Source: Mustelus asterias
Lineage: Eukaryota
Assembly (NCBI RefSeq): GCF_964213995.1
Contig: NC_135825.1
Location: forward strand, 12,896,001-12,960,000
DNA: 64,000 nt
Direction: 5' to 3'
Position numbers and translations under genes: made by a program. This document shows positions 61,369 through 64,000 of the stretch, piece by piece. The number at the start of each line of letters is the position of its first letter. The first letter of the stretch is position 1. The notes under the pieces are model-generated. The model saw only the letters and a program-made list of their open reading frames with translations, searched no databases and was not told the DNA's origin.

Positions 61369-62739
61369 TGGGTTATGTGGAAACCTCAACCACAGAACAT
61401 AAATGGATCAGAGTTTGATTCGAAGATTGCTCGGAAGATTGACTAATTCCTACACGAATGTCCAGAATATTCCCACTTGCTTTGAGAAGTTACTTTGCAA
61501 TATTGCAGTATTTTATACTTTATGACAATCTGAAATGCTTTGTACCGCCTCCAGAAATTGTGTGCAAACTCCTTTTATTCTAATAAAAAATAGATAAACT
61601 TTCTTGATATTTTTATTTTAAGGAGTCAAGTTGTTTTTTGCCATGGTCACAAATGTCTAAGTTTTAAAGTTTATTTATTAGTGTCGCAAGTAGGCTTACA
61701 CTAACAATGCAATGAAGTTACTGTGGAAATCCCCTCGTCGCCACACTCCAGCGCCTGTTCGGGTACACTGAGGGAGAATTTAGCACGGCCAATGCACCGA
61801 ACTAGCACATCCTTCGGATTATGGGGGGAAACCGGAGCACCGAGGAAACCCACGCTGACTCTGGAAGAACATGCAGACTCCGCACAGACAATGACCCAAA
61901 CCGGGGATCGAATTCAGGTCCCTGGCACTGTGAGGTAGCAGCATTAACCACTGCGCCACCGTGCAAATGATAGGATTCATGCTGATAATTGTCCCCAGTT
62001 TGCATTAATCAGCACAAACTGGTTAAAAAGATGTCATAGTTTGATTTTGAAATAATACAATGAAATTGGAGGAAAATGGAAAGACAAGGGGAAGTGGCTT
62101 TGAGCGCATGTGGAGAGTTTAATCCCCTTAAAGTCACAGAAGACCTGGATCCCAATACCAAAAAATCCCCAATAACAAAATTTTATTCACATATGGACTT
62201 GGAGTTTTGGCCACCTGGAACTGGATTCACCAACCTCGCTTGCAGCTGGGATTTTCCAGACCCGCTGAGGGCCAATTTCTCCGTTCTTGCTGACATCGGC
62301 CACGGGGCATGAACGGATGGAGAATTCTTGCCCTGGGTCTTTAAAGACAAAGATAACACTGCCTCACCTGCTGCAGCTGGCATCTTTCCTGGCGTTATCT
62401 GAAGACTGAGGACGGGATTTTCCGGCCATTCTTGTCAGTGGGATTTTCCAGTCCCGCCGCAGTGAACAGAGATTTGGCTGAACACCAAATTCTCCATCCT
62501 CGCTTGCAGCGGCAGTGAGGCGTGAACGACCGGTAAGATCGTGCCCTGAATCTTTGAATAAAAGGGGGCAGCACAAAATCTGGGCTTCCTCACCACGTGG
62601 TTATTTATCGCCACCTTCCAAATATAGTCTTGTGTTTTCTTTGATGAGCTACAAGCTCTTGTTTGATAGAATCATAGAATCCCAACAGTGCAGAAAGAGA
62701 CCATTCGACCCATCGGGTCTGCACTGATCACAATCCCAC

Positions 62740-63425
62740 TGTTGTAGCGCAATATCGGACATTGCGTCTTTTATATTTTAATGTATATGTTCATTCATAT
62801 TTTATTTAATTTCAGTATAATACATGCAGGGCTACATAGAGCAAGCCCAGAGGGCGAGGCCTCAGCAGAGGGAAGGAAAGGGTTAATGCAGACAGCTAGA
62901 GGCCTGCTCTGCCGACAGGTAACAATTAACGCGTGCCATCAAATTCTGATGTACAGGAGATCGTTCCGAATTATCATGACAATGGGAGAACCGGCATTAA
63001 GACAGCCAGGCTTCATATAGTCCAGGGACGGCATAGTCTTCCATAAAACACAATCATCTAGCAGAGGGGGGGCATGATTCAGTGCAAATTGGTTGAGCAA
63101 ATACAGCGCTTTCACATTATAATCGGGTAAACGGAACCGACAAAGAACTGATGAACGAAGTTGTACTTAACAATACAGTCTGCATAACAAGATTAGAAGA
63201 ACCATCTTGTATCCAACTCAAGGAATTAATATGCAAATGTAAAGCTTTGTGACTCGAAAAAGTATATTAACCTGAACCAATCTTTCACGGGCAGAGAAGG
63301 ACTGGCAGGAAACCTGAGATTTCAGGCCAGAGTCCAGCTCTCCCTCATGCATGTGGAAGAAAAACATTTCTTGAAGTTCAAAACAGTCTCCAAGGCTCAA
63401 CTCGCTTTATTTCCCTCCTACATCA
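62740..63425 (+). mobile_element. Solo LTR at the same site in duplication unit 2
   Basis: Same termini and insertion point as 21944-22640. Confidence 0.75.
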
Positions 63426-64000
63426 CCCCGGCCCTATCCCTATAACACCCACTTATTTACCCTGCTCACTCCCTGACACTGAGGGGCGATTTAGCATGGC
63501 CAATCTACCTGACCTGTCTGTCATTGGACTGTGGGAAGAAACCAGAGCACCCGGAGGAAACCCACGCAGACACAGGGAGAATGTGCAAACTCTACACAGA
63601 CAGTGACCCAAGCCGGCATTGAACCCGGGCACCTGGGAGACTCGAGCAGAGGCAGTTTCTGGGGCTCCTCACTGGGCGTCACGGCCGCTGCGCATCTCCT
63701 GTAGCCGGGGTTTTGGTGCAGTCAGCTCCGCGCCGGAAATCGGGCAGTTGCATAATGTCTGCAGACCCTCATTTGAATATGTTTAAAATCAGCCTCTCCC
63801 CCCCCCTGCCAGGAGTATTTCACTCCAGCCGGGTTTAGCATCGTTCCCCACTTGAGGGGAGCCCGTGGCCTGAGCCCGCTCGAGTGAAGAGGGGCCATCG
63901 GGGCCCCCCACAGGATCGGGTGCAGTGGGGGGGGGGGGGGGTTCCACCTGGGCATTGCCACCTTGGCAGTGCCAACCTGGCCCCCAGAAATGCCCGAGGG

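Larger units (their letters stand above)
43927..64000 (+). repeat. Segmental tandem duplication unit 2 (runs off the window end)
   Basis: Same exons and same transposon insertions as unit 1. Confidence 0.95.

Noticed and set aside
41320-64000. Unit 2 as a pure assembly artefact (false haplotype duplication)
   Set aside because: Different SINE insertions before D1, 11 amino-acid differences in D1 and a diverged LTR argue for real paralogues. It is not fully excluded because gaps lie near the start of unit 2; read depth would settle it.

Overview
Vertebrate genomic DNA, almost certainly from a shark or other cartilaginous fish (dense HE1-type tRNA-derived V-SINEs, CR1, Rex/Babar, Tx1 and Penelope fragments). 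The window holds two tandem copies (period ~40.8 kb, + strand) of a multi-exon immunoglobulin-superfamily receptor gene of the CD300/pIgR/TREM (MDIR-like) type: leader, IgV D1, IgV D2, Ser/Thr stalk, a transmembrane helix containing Arg, and a very short tail. This is the layout of an activating, adaptor-coupled receptor (~306 aa assembled for copy 2). Copy 1 lacks its leader exon in this window. Copy 2 looks complete, but its first intron spans N gaps. The copies are identical in the D2 exon but differ by 11 amino acids in D1, with one clearly synonymous change. The introns contain two decayed IgV pseudo-exons, and the predicted stalk exon lies in an antisense CR1 fragment. Between the copies are a solo LTR, a heavily deleted and apparently chimeric class I endogenous retrovirus (tRNA-Pro PBS, gag, pol, env, 3' LTR) and Gypsy remnants. 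All alignments and counts were done by eye, and element boundaries are approximate.
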